Shown: piece after piece, positions 27,326-40,302 of the stretch
How the letters are laid out: each line of letters begins with the position of its first letter
How positions within the stretch are numbered: position 1 is the first letter of the stretch
DNA from: Eledone cirrhosa
Taxonomy: Eukaryota
NCBI GenBank assembly: GCA_964016885.1
Contig: OZ024747.1
Coordinates: 93,248,001-93,312,000, forward strand
Direction of reading: 5' to 3'
Length of the DNA stretch: 64,000 nt
Position numbers and translations under genes: made by a program
The notes under the pieces: generated by a model
The model's database searches: none
What the model was told of the DNA's origin: nothing
What the model saw: the letters and a program-made list of their open reading frames with translations, nothing else

Positions 27326-27855
27326 TATTAAGAAAAAAATGTATTCGTGGCGCCTACATGTATTAAGAAAAAAAAAATGGAGTGGTTAAAGCTGGAATCT
27401 CTTTAATGATGATAACTCCAACCTGGAGCTAAATGGCAACTTCTATGTTATTCATGGATAACATATTCAACGTAACTGAAATTATATCATAAAGGCCGAG
27501 TATCTTCTTCATGTGCCAAAGAATGCATTTTTTTCCTGAACAGCTGCTAGCCAGTTAGATTACTAAGTACATATAAACTGCCACACAAACATACTATCAT
27601 CACATCTGGATTACTGCAGCTACTTTTACTACACACTATGAAAAGATTTAAACACTTGATAATTTATTTCTTACAAGACAAGTACTTTTCTCTAACCCCG
27701 TTGCAATTATAAACTCAATATTGAACTATCTCACCATATTTACTAAAAGAAGAGAGAAAGAAAGGAAGGAAGAAAAAAAAAGAGGAAACACTAAATCCCA
27801 CTACACCATCTAAACCTGGCAACCATAATTACAAATATATCAGATGTACTTAGAT

Positions 27856-28010
27856 CAGTCATGGGCAAACTGTGGCTCACAAACCCCATGTGGCTCATTA
27901 TAAAGTGGGACCACACTACTAAAATTCAAAGCAATTTTGAAATTAGGTGCACCATTCAGAAATCCAAACAGGTAACATGTGGTTCGTGGGCCACAGTTTG
28001 CCCATTACTG
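27856..28010. mobile_element. hAT (Charlie-like) MITE; related partial copy at ~3523-3721
   Basis: cagtcatgggcaaactgtggc ... gccacagtttgcccattactg TIRs; internal ccacactactaaaa...gcaattttgaaattagg shared with the 3.6-kb copy. Confidence 0.75.
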
Positions 28011-28128
28011 ATCTAATATATCTGATATATTTGCATCTCGTCACCTTGACTGGATCTCAGCCACCAATTCCTCAGAGCTGCATTCCTTTATAAGCACCAA
28101 AATTCATTCCATTTACTAATGACTTCAT

Positions 28129-28475
28129 TCATCATCATCATCATTTCATTTAACGTCCGCTTTTTCCCTGCTTGCAAGGGTGGGACGGGAACTGATTCTG
28201 GCTTGATTTCTACAGCTGGATGCCCTTCCTAACACCAACCTCATTTACAGTGAGTGCTGGGTGCTTTTTTGCCGTGGCACCTCCACGACCACTTTGCAGT
28301 GGAAATGATATGGACCCCAGTCCCTATCATCTCATTTCTACAGCTGAGTAAACTGGAGCAATGTGAAATAAAGTGTCTTGCTCAAGGAAACAACACATCA
28401 CCCGGTCTGAGAATTGAACTCACAACCTTTCGATTGCAAGGCCAATGCTCTAACCACTAAGCCATGTGCCTCCAT
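28129..28475 (-). mobile_element. SINE family S1 copy
   Basis: Reverse complement of 1917-2252 with few substitutions. Confidence 0.9.
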
Positions 28476-28584
28476 GTCTTATGTACAAGAATTCAAACAT
28501 GATTCAGTTTTAGCTTGGGGGGGGGGGGGATAAGAACGCAGCAAAAATATGGTGGGTGTGTGAGAGAGAGAGAACAAAAAATAT

Positions 28585-28685
<101 letters not shown>

Positions 28686-31110
28686 ACACACCAAAAATAT
28701 GAGAAGGAAAACTCAATCATTGCTACCCAATGATACAAGCCCAGACAGTCTGGAAGAACACTGTCTGGCGAGCAGAATCGCAGGTGCAATCCACCTTGTG
28801 GTCCCAGCAGACAAAATGGAGAATGTGTTGCCCCAGAGGATAGTGAGTGAGACACAGGGCTGATAATTTTATGAAAAAACCTGGGTTAAGTTATATTTCA
28901 GATACCAGCTAAATAATGTTTTCTACTATAGGCACAAGGCCAGCAATGTGGGGAAAGGGGAATGTCGATTAAATCAACCCCAGTGAATTACTGGTGATTT
29001 ATTTTATTGAACCGTAAGGATGAAAGGCAAAGCTAACCTCGGTGGGATTTGAACTTAGAATCTAAATGGTCATAAACTCTACGCCATTAAATCCTTCTAA
29101 AGGAACGCTCGACTGCCTACATACACACGTAACGTTTGCAACACAGACGTAAGACATTAACTACACTACACAGCTCTCTTACAATCAGAGACCTTCTATA
29201 CAAGTATGAAAACAGCAGTAGTGTGCATCAGCAAGTGAGATGTGAGACTAAGATAAACAAAGTCAATAAGACTGATAAGAGTGTTGACAACAATAACAAT
29301 CCTGATGGTTACTTGGGCCCTTCTAAGGTCAGCCAGCACAACTAGCATTTTTTATTCCACATGTTAGGTGACCCAGCCCTATTCAAATTACCTTCCCCCA
29401 CTTAACCCCACCATCCATTTACGTTATCCCATTTCAACATATGGTTCCCACTACATCAGACATATCTGTCTGTTGCTGATAACATCTGAAGGAAAGAAAA
29501 ACTTTTCGTGTACAACCAATTTTATAGCTTAACTAAATTTAAATTTACATTGTCCCCGAGTCAAGTCAAACTATGCTACACTTCTTTGCACTATCTCAAA
29601 GATTTTTAACAACCATTTAAACCAACTCCACAGCATTATATCATAGACTATTTTCTGTTTTCTGCTTCCTCCTTTAAATTAAGAACTTTCAATGCCTTCT
29701 CAAACTTTTTAAAGACATCCAACACATCCATTTATGAGATTATCATTTGAATAGTCATATAGTGGAGAGTGAATATGATCTTTGGCAAGTACAATGACAA
29801 CTCTGGAGATGTTTCAGTCCTAGTAAGTCTCATCAACAAAATAGTCTTACTCTTAATTACCAGATCCTAAAATGACTGGATATTATATACTCTGTCAGAC
29901 GTTTTAGAATCCGATAAGTAACTGCATGCACTCATTCACTTTTTAATTTATTTGGATTTTAGAATTATCTCCCTTGCTTTTCTTGACAAGAATTATAACA
30001 AATTATATTATAATTACTAGCAGTGGATTGATGGAGATGTTAAAGAGTCAGATGTGATGCTGAGTTCAAATCTCACCCCCTGTCATCAAAGAAGCAGTTA
30101 TGCTTCTGCCAGGAGTTGCAACAGGCAGATAGCATCTGCAATGGAAAGACCAATGAAAACAGTTTTTTTTTTGTTTTAACTGACCGTTTTTTTTTTCTTT
30201 TTTATCAAATAAACATTGCTTTCAAGTTACTATAATTCTACATTATCACCAGCAGCATCAAAACACCCTTTCATTTAACTGCTGGTGTGTCTAGTTTCCT
30301 GAAGTCAGTCAGGTCTGTTAAACCATATCTGTCATCATTCCAAACCAACAGAGTTGTGGTAATATTATGTATATAACAAGCTTTTGAAAGAAGAATACAC
30401 AAAATAGCTTAGATTTCCAATAGGATATAATCAGTGTTAGTGGATACTAGTTTACAATGCTAACAACAAACTGTAGTTATTGCAAGTTAGCCAACACATT
30501 ATGATTTGTACTCTAAATCAAATTCATTAATATCCTCCTCTCCCCACCCACCCACTCACTAGAAGGAGAAAGAACTGTCTAGCCAATCAGATAAACATTT
30601 AAAAACCACAAGTTAAATTTACTTTTGGGAATATAAACATTACGTAGAAAATACCAGGAATAATAATATTTTGTTACAAGACAAACCTAAACTCATGATC
30701 GATAATCAACAGCTCAGTAGATAATATATTGGCCTCATGGCAGCTTAGAGTAGCAAAAAAATGTCAATGAGAGAGAAAATACCTAACTGCAAAAACTGTG
30801 ATTAGTAGAGATCACATCTCGCAAAAGAATAAACCAAAGTTACAACATAAGAAGCTAGCAAATTGGCAGAAAGTTAGGACGTTGATTTTAAAATGCTTTG
30901 ACATTTCCCCCAGTTCTCTGCATTTTCAGGTCAACTTTAACAACCTTGAAAGTATGAAAGGCAAAGTACCAGTTCTGTACTGGGCCGATTCTTCTCTCTT
31001 TCTTTGGAAGAAATCAACTATGTTCCAACATGGAACTCCACCAGGTTTAAAATACTAAAGACACACCGTGTGTCAAGATGGTACTCCCATGATTCCATCA
31101 CGAGATCATC

Positions 31111-31324
31111 AGTATTTAAACCAGCCATATCTGGCCAGAAGTCTCACCTCTTTTTGTTCAAAGTGGTCGTAACCAGCCGCTCATACCAATATTAAAGTAT
31201 TGTTCTCAAAATTAATATCAAAATCTCATAGATTCGATTTAATGCGAGATAATTATGTGAGGTAAAGACTTTTCTGTGAAAATACAATAGTAAATATAGA
31301 GTAATGTAAATGCTAAAACATTAA
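31111..31324. mobile_element. MITE M1 copy, reverse orientation, damaged ends
   Basis: Internal sequence matches M1. Confidence 0.8.
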
Positions 31325-32054
31325 GGACACTTTATTTTACATCAACATAAACCACTGATACCAACAAAAGACAAAACATAAATTAATCTGAATGATTATC
31401 ATGAGGATCAATAGTATTAGTCCACAAAGCAATAGGGTTAAGCATTAAACATAGAACTCCAAAGAAAAATACTCTATATACAAATACTTAGTATTAGTAC
31501 GCTGAGGTACACAGAAAACAAATGGTAATACAAGATTAATTCAATGCTTCATCATCATCATTGGTTTTACGTCTGTTTATATTTAATTTTTGTTACGTAG
31601 TTGATTAAAATATCTTGTTTGGCCAAAATCTACACCTCGAGACAAAAATTATATGGGCTAGTGGTTGAAAGTACATCCTAGATGAACTAACAAAGATGTG
31701 CCAATAAATGACCGTTTGAGTTGTTACAATAGTCGCTGAGTGCCCATCAATCACATCCTACCATCTTAAACAAAAACAAAAGAAATACACATTGGATAAT
31801 GTAGACCTAGATACACTGCCTGGAAAAATAGGATGTTCAGAAGTACAACACAATCATAGGTCTGTTGGATTATATGATGGCTTATGGCTAAACAACATCC
31901 GAGAAATAGAGCATTTAAAACAACAACTACTTGAAGTTCAAGTAGTTACAGAATAATACAAAAAAAATTGAGAAAACAATGAATTTAGATGAGTAAAAGA
32001 CTATAGTCATACTAGTGATTTTATATCTAGAAACAGTTATTGGAATTTATAGAC

Positions 32055-32344
32055 TTAACCCTTTAGCATTTAAACCGGCCAGAATTGCCTCACTTCTTTC
32101 TGTTCAAACTGGCTGTAACCAACCACTCATACTTATGTTAAGATATTGTTCTCAAAATAAATAATATCAAAATCTCATAGATTCGATATTATGTGAAATA
32201 TAACTTTGCCTTGTATCCTTTGTAGTTTAATGTTCTCAAAATAAATAATATCAAAATCTCATAGATTTGATAGTATGTGAGATAAAGTGTTTACCGTGAA
32301 AATACAATGGTAAATATAGAGTTATGTAAATGCTAAAGGGTTAA
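32055..32344. mobile_element. MITE M1 copy with internal duplication
   Basis: TTAA-flanked perfect TIRs; tgttctcaaaataaataatatcaaaatctcatagatt occurs twice. Confidence 0.88.
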
Positions 32345-33597
32345 TATTGTGCAGTATTGTAAAAGGATGAGAACGAAACTATGCTTTATTTTGATGTAAA
32401 AGTTTAACAAAAAGGACAGAGGAGTGGCTAAGTAGTTTATTGTTGATAGATGTTGAATAGTTGCTCTTTAAAATGATTAACAAGCAGACAACAAATGTAC
32501 TTCAGAAGCAGGATGTAATCTCCATTAAAAACAAAAAAAGATCAAAGAAATAAAGATTCTAGTGTTCAAGTAAAGTTGTTTTTTTTAAAAACCCAGTCTA
32601 CAGGTAGACAGTTACACAAAAGATGACTCAATACAACAGGTAAAATTCTTTATATGTTCTAAAGAACAAAAATATTTGAAACTTTCAGCTCAAAATGATT
32701 GGGTATTTTAATCCTTGTAAGACAACTAATTCTGAGCTAGAAAGACACATATATTGTCTGCAGAAAATTGAGATATTTTATACAGAATTCTTATCTTTTT
32801 ATATCTCATAAGGACTGGTTCTGCCTCCTTTAGTATATAAACATCAGTAGGCTCCATTTCCAAAAGGTTACAGAAACAGAGGAGACACAATGTGAAAACA
32901 TTATTTGGCAAGCATTATATGACCAACCCCACACCACCATATGAGCTTCACACAGCCTTGATATTGTGTGAAATTGTAAACTTCCACTACAACTGCAAAC
33001 AATTACATACAAGTGCAATAGATTAAATGAAAAATTGAATATAAGGAAGAAAAGTTTACTGTTTATGAAACAAAAAAAAAATAAAAAGAGAAAATATGAT
33101 TTTAACAATTTCACTTTTTTTTTAATTTGTCCAATTCTAAATTATTTGACTATATTTTATTTTTTTTAAATTGTCATTTGACCCATTGGCTTTCATAAAT
33201 ATGTTAACAAGTTTACATTTATTTGGAGTAGTTGACAAGTCTGTTTCAAGTAACCTGTGTTCCATTTTCTATCCTTGAGTATTTCTGTAAACTGAGGATG
33301 TTCTAGATGTAGTTAATCCACATTGCTGACATTACATAACTGGCTCAGGTCAAGATCCCTTTGACAAGATAATTAGAGCTTAGGGTTTGAGGTTGTAAAG
33401 TAAATACTATCACAGAATTTAAGAATAGAAGTCTTAAAAGGTGAAGAGATGAAGCGATGGAGAGAGGGGAAAGAGAGAAAATATAGGATAAAAGAGACAA
33501 GCTATTTTTGTTTTGCTTTTTTCTTTTTAATGGAAAAAAACAAAAGTGATGATAAAGTAGATGATGATGATTTCAGCAATTATTATTATTACTCTTA

Positions 33598-33800
33598 TGG
33601 GCGGTGGATTGGCAGTATCGGTAGAGCGTCAGATACCATGCTTTGTAGCATGGAGTTATGGCCCTTTACGTTCTGAGTTCAAATCCCACCAAGGTTAACT
33701 TTGCCTTTCATCCTTACAGGAGTCGATAAGATAAAGTACCAGTAATACACTGGGATAATTGCTGGCCTTGTGCCAAAGGTAGAAACAATTATTACTATTA
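33598..33800 (+). mobile_element. tRNA-derived SINE family S2, representative full copy with (ATT)n tail
   Basis: A/B boxes (tggcagtatcgg; gagttcaaatccc), central gcctttcatccttacggggtcgataaaataaagtaccag, tail gctggccttgtgccaaaagtagaaacaattatt. Other copies near 4540, 4843, 6915(-), 7666, 18545(-), 24700, 28915(-), 34338, 35830(-), 36105(-), 38475(-), 58255(-), 59255(-). Confidence 0.85.
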
Positions 33801-34336
33801 CTAGCCTTCAGGTGGTTTTCTGCTAGCATGTGTAGCGTGTATATTGATATTATACGCAAGTATATATACATGTAGATATGATACATCAAATAAAATCGTA
33901 ATTGACAATATAAACAGAAATTGAACGAAGACGTTGTTACACTGTCTTATGTAATCAGTAACGTAATCCAAGATACATTAAAAAATGAACGATATTATAT
34001 ATAAACTGCATTAGGAGAAAATTAGTGAGAAAAAATTAGTATGTTTATTTAAGTGATCGCCACCGGAAGTGTTGACATCACACACTCTCTCTTTCTATAT
34101 ATATGGTAGTTGAAGTGGTTGTGGTGGCAACAATATACCGGAAGTGCAACTTTGAAAAGAAGTCAATTTTAGATTATTTATTTTTACAAAATTATTTTTG
34201 TATACAAAATTTAGTAGATAAATTATGTAATATTCATTCATTATTTATTCAAAGTAATCAAACTTATTTTACTAACAGGATAAAAAAAAAATAAACCGTA
34301 CACAGTCCCACAGACCTTCCTTTATTATAGTTTAGA
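33801..34336 (-). mobile_element. Non-autonomous Helitron, family H1
   Basis: Revcomp begins A|TCTAAACTATAATAAAG and ends CTAG|T; homologous to 12864-13307 at both ends. Confidence 0.75.
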
Positions 34337-36341
34337 TTATCCTTATGGGATCAATAAAATAAAGTACCAGTAATGCACTGAGATCGATTTAATCAACTTT
34401 CCCCTCCCCCCAAAATTGCTGTCCTTGTGCCTATACTAGAAACCATTATTATTACTATCATTATTACTATTATTACATCAATATTTATGACCGGTTTTTG
34501 TTTGAAGTTTTCTCTTCTGTCACTAGAAATACTGCTAATGCTAAGCTAACTATTATCCTATTGCAAGATTATTGAAATGACCGCATTAGCAAAGCTTTAG
34601 AGCTTGTTTCATGTGCTGAAACAGCAAATAATTAAATCCCACATTTTAACCTCATCAATCATCCTAATATCATCAATCTTGAGAAAGATGAACTACCATG
34701 AAAATATTCAGCCGCTACCCTCACTTCATTTGAACGTCATGTAAATTTATTACTTCGATGAAATTAGTTAAAATTTGTTGTTGGTTTTTAATATTTATAA
34801 AATGAATGAAATTGACAATTCATTAAGAAAATATTTAAATGCAAAAACAAATCTTAATTTAATTTGCTTTTTTTCTTAATTTTCTCAAATATTTACTTGC
34901 TCATTAACTTCATCGAATAAAATTTGAGAAAAGAAGCATAGAAAAATGTTTAAATTCATAAAAATTTGAAAAAAAATAAAAAATTTTTTTTTTTATTTTA
35001 AGGGTCTGAAAGTGAAAATTGTATCAAAAGCTATCCTCAAAGACAGAGAAATAATCACCTCCTTTTGTCAGGGTCATCTTCCAAAAGATAAGTTGGTGCA
35101 CAAAATAAAAAAGTTGCACTTGATGCTTTGCAATGGATCAAAAGAACGAGTTTGTCGATAGGCAAGAACCCATTTTTGTAGAGGAAAGATAGCACATGCG
35201 ATTGAATTGCACCATTGGTATGACTGTTACTTAGTCCCAGGGATATGAAAGGTAAAGTCGGTATTTTTCAGCCTTCTGTGCTTTGAGTTTAAACCCCACC
35301 AAGCTCGACTTTACCTTTCACCCTTTAAAGATAGATAAAATGAAGAAACAGTCAAAGAAGTGGATTGACAAAGTTGTTAGGGGATAGACTTAATTTGTCA
35401 CCTGGTTTAACACCAACCTGGTCTTTGAGTGCCTCTAGTAGGGGCCACTCATATGCATTTGAGCCAACTTTCTGATTTCATGATACCTTCCTCCCTCTCT
35501 CTTACCCGCCAGTCTCAAAGGGGTCATACTGCACTTACCTCCTGATTAAACAATAAATATATAACACACACACACACACACACACACACATAGCATGCCA
35601 ATGAAAACAATGATGATTTCTTTTAACATGGCACAAAGCCAATTTTATTGGTGAATGATATAGTCTATAGTCTATTGATTTTTAGACCAGGTTATTGTTA
35701 GTAGTTATTTTAACAAGCCAAAGAGCAGAAAGACATTGCTGACCCAACAAAAAATTTGAATTGAGAAAATACAATTGCATAAAAGCATCTAGGTCAGTTT
35801 ACTACATTAAAACTATTTCCATCAGTTAATAATATGGTTTCTAATTTAGGCACAAGGCCAACAATTTTGGGGGAGAAGAAAGTCAATTAAATCGACTCCA
35901 GTGCATTACTGGTACTTTATTTTATCAATCCTGTAAGGATGAAAGGCAAAACTAACCTCAGCAATATTTGAACTCAGAACATAAAGGGATGTAACTATAT
36001 GCTGCAAAGCATGTTTGATACTCTACCGATACGGCCAATCATCATCAACAACAACAACAACAGCAACAGCAACAACAACAACGATGATGGTGATGAGGAC
36101 GATTATTTCTTAAATGGGCACAAGTCCAAAAATTTGAGGGAAGGGAACAGTCGACCATATTGACCCCAATACTTGACTGGTACTTAATTTCATCAACCCT
36201 AGAAGTCAACTTGGACGAAATTTGAACTCAGAACATAAAGCAACGTAACAAAATACTGCACGAGAGTATTCTGTCAAACTCTAATAATAGTTTTTAATTC
36301 AGCCACAAGATCAGTAATTTGGAGGAAAGGCGTTAGTCGAT

Positions 36342-37258
36342 TATTCAATTCAATATATTTGGCAGAAAATAAAACATAGATGCTTCAGATGCCATGCAAG
36401 AAGGGGAGAGGGGCAAAATTTACAGTCGGAAACACAGTGGTCCAACACCAGTCCAATTTCGCCTTGAATTGTTGCGTGGTTGGCGCGTTGACTACTTCTT
36501 CTGGAAGCCGATTCTAGGGTCCAGAGTTGCGGATCGAGAAAGCAGCTTTCCATCTATTTAGGCGAAAGCGGCGGTGAAACAGCTTTTTGTCATGTCCACG
36601 TAGACCCCTTTCAAGTGCCGGAGTGAATAGGAGATCTTGAGCGAGATCGTAATGGCCATTGAAGAGATTGTAAGCCAAAATGAGATCGCCTCGTAGCCAT
36701 CAACGCTTCAAGGAGAAGAGTTTCAGCTTCTGCAGCCGGCTTTCGTAGGGCAGCTCATGAAGACCCTGTACCATTCGAGTCGCTAGTCGTTGAACTCTCT
36801 CCAAGTGATGGATATCCTGGATGAGATATGGGTTTGATGCTTGGATGCCATATTCTAGGTGCGGTCTCATGAGGGCGACATAGAGGGGCCTGGAAATTTC
36901 TGGAGTAAGTTTGGCAAAGGAGCGTCGAATAAGAAAAAGAGCTCCTTGCCTTGTTTGCAGCTTGAATGCAATGTTTTGATGGTTTGAAGGACGAGTCGAC
37001 CAGCAGACCAAGATCTTTAGTCTCCTCAACCTCCTTCAAAGGAGCAGTGCCACCGTTGAAGGTAAGAGCTGAGTTAGAAGGTGTACCCACTGTCATATGG
37101 CAATACTTATCAACATTGAGGTATAAATCCCAGTCAATGGACCAACTCCAGGCGCGCTGGAGGCTGGACTTGAGATTGTCGATCTCGCTCCTATGGGCTA
37201 CCATTTTCACATCATCTACAAATAGGAGCATGTTTCCACTAATCACGTACAGCATGTC
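36342..37258 (-). mobile_element. CR1-clade LINE 3' fragment, frameshifted
   Basis: LLFVDDVKM, KDLGLLVD, LYVALMRPHLEY, LERVQRLATRMV, RLRGDLI motifs spread over ORFs 36755-37255 and 36700-37029; (ATTGA)2-like tail at ~36343-36352. Confidence 0.88.
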
Positions 37259-40200
37259 GATGTATAGAAAGAAGCACTTGACTATTATATTATTTTATCA
37301 ACCCTAGAAGGATGAAAAGCAAAGTTAAATTCAACAGTATTTGAACCCAGTGTGTAAAGAGCTACAACTAAATACCACTTTCTAATAAGTAGGTAGGGAA
37401 CAATGTTGACCAATATCTCAGTAGATTACTGCTACTTATTTTATCAACCCTGGAGACATGTAAAGTAAAATCTTTTACTGTTTTCCATCATTAGACTGTG
37501 GCTATATCAACTCCAGTACCTATTTTTTCAAGTACATATTTCATTTTCTCAACCCACTAAGTTATAAGACACAGACAATGTAAGCACAAACATGAACATA
37601 TATACATGTGTGTGTGTAAAGAGAGAGAGGTGTTGTAAGTAAATAGGATGCAGCCCCCTAAGCCCATTTGAGAGGTCAGTAGCTCTGCTAGAGTATTAAC
37701 TGTCTGTGACAGTCCATCCAACCCTTGCTAGAAGGGAAAGCGGACATTAAATGATCGTGTGTGCGTGTTTAATATAGAAATGGCTTCTACAGGACTAGAA
37801 CTGTTTTATTCAAAGAAAATCATCAGAGTGTGTGTGTGGTGTGTGTGTGTGTTTATATACTCATACACACGATAGGCTTATTTAGTTTCTGTCTCCCAAA
37901 ACAGTATAGTATAGAAGACACTTTCCCAAGGTACCATAAAGTAAGAATGAACATGAAACCATTAGGCTGTGAAGCTACCTCCTATGAAGAAATTAAACTC
38001 AAAACATCAAGGAGTATAATTAAAAAATACCACAATGCCACCTTTAGTCTAATACTGTACAATATATAACACTTCCCTACCCCAAATAATAACATAACAA
38101 ATAACAAGTCATTTATTTTACAGCTAATAAACTTCATATTTACAGGATTAAGTATTAATTTGGTGTTTCATTCTCTGCACCCTATGAGATTAAAATTTGG
38201 CATGCATTTTACTAATTACTAACAAGAATAATTAATAATTAATAGGCTGAATATTATCACTGGGAGCAGAAGCTATGATAATGTGTAGATGTAATTAATT
38301 TTTCCGCTATTAATAGCTGGTTTTTTTTCCTATTTATTTTGATACAATCACCCTAAGTATTTTACCACAATAGTGCAAACGAAGAGAATTTTAACAATTC
38401 TAATTCTGGGGAAATTAAATAAAAACATAAAATTGAATTTCCTGTCACCAACTGACAATTTCTTTACTTGTGGTAATTGTTTCTTATTTTGGCTCAAGGC
38501 CAGCAATTTGGGAGAAGGGGAAAGTCAATTATATCAACTCCAGTATTTTACTGGTACTCTATTTTATCAATCTCAGTAGAATGAATGGCGAAGTTGATCA
38601 TGGCAGGATTTGAATTCAGAATTTAAAAGACTGTAATTAAATGCTGCAAAGCATTTTGTCCAATGCTTTAATATTTCTGCGAATCCACTGCTCTTTTTAT
38701 TTACTTATAATAATGACAACTACCCGATTAAAGTGTTGATCTACTCATTTCAAACGTTACTACTACTATGCCAATGTACATAAGTGTGTCTACCTCTGTC
38801 TGCATGGCTGCCAAAGAGGCACCATTCTTACTTCACAGCCGAGTAGACTAGCAGCAAGAAAGGCATCAAATTGTAAAAGTATACCAAAGTTAGAATCTAT
38901 GAAAACCATGACACCAATGCTGGTATGGAAAAGTAAAACAGTAAAACAAGACTTTAAAAAGATCAATGAGGTGAGATGGTGTTGCACAAGCTTTCCAGAT
39001 TCTCCTACATTATAAGATCTGGCTACCTTGGTAATGCTAGAGCAGGAGTTGGACATTATGACATCCACAAGAATAGAGTTTAGGGAATAACATATGTGCA
39101 TTAGCATGTTTAGAAGATAGACCTTTGTAGAGACAGTAGAAGATACTGAAAGAACACTAGGTTGTCAAAGAGTAAAAGGTTAGCAGACCTGTTTTTTTTA
39201 GACAATATTTACATTCTAGTTTATAAATTATTCTCAGTAAAGGTGTTTTGCTAGAGAATGGGTTGCAATGACAGATAGTGATACAGCTGCCAGATATGAT
39301 GGTTCAATGTGATAGAAGCAGGCTCCTGCTGGACAAATAAACAACCCTTAGACCAAACAGAGGTAAGCTACCAAAGGTGGTGGGTCAATGTGTGACACTG
39401 TTTTGGCTCTCAGGAAAACTCTCACAACCCAGCAATATAATTGTGATGAGTAATAGCTGCCTCTAAAAGAGCTTTGCGAGTCTTAGAAAGCAACCAAATT
39501 GGTAACTGGAGCAAATAAGACCAGCAAAAACCGCAATATGGTCAGACTGGATAAAAGCAAACATACTCCATACATGTTACATGCAGTAATAAAGGAACAT
39601 GTTTGGGCCTTAGGTAGAGAGACCTGCTCAAAACATATATTGCAGTCTCCATCTAATACTGAAAAGACTGGTGATAGGCCTATGACCTGTCCTGAAAGGC
39701 ATGGAATAGACACACAATAGGTGCATAGCCTGAGACCCAAAAGAGTCAAAAGGGAGAAAACATTACAAGCCTTACAGCAAGTAGTAGTGAAGGGGGACCA
39801 GATGTTATTGGCTAGATATATTTGGGGTTTCTTCAACAAAGTTCCATGGCTCTGGTGCTGGTGATTTCAGTGGATACTCCACTGTGTTTATGAGGTGAAT
39901 GAGGGTAGGTTTACTGTTTTTAGGGTTGGGGTCGAGAAGAAATCCTGGTCCACATCTCGGGTTGCCTTACACAGCAAAAACTTATACTATACAATAACTA
40001 GGAAGTAATTTCCTATTGGATACAACACCAATCTCTATTACAAAGGCAGAATTTCAAAACATGTAAAATACCCAATAATATTGGCACTCCATTTACTACC
40101 TACTGCTTCTTGTAGTAAAGGGAGGCACCTACTTTGAGAGAAGTAGACCGAGTCAAATGGAAATAATGTGATGATGTATATTTCATTGACCCTGTGCCCT

Positions 40201-40271
40201 TTAAGTCAACAAGACAATACCATCTCACAACCACTGCACACCTCAACATGCTAAAATGTTAAATCCTTCAC

Positions 40272-40302
<31 letters not shown>

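Noticed and set aside
38790-39880. ORFs of 105 and 118 aa
   Set aside because: No recognisable domain; probably a highly decayed LINE, too degenerate to classify
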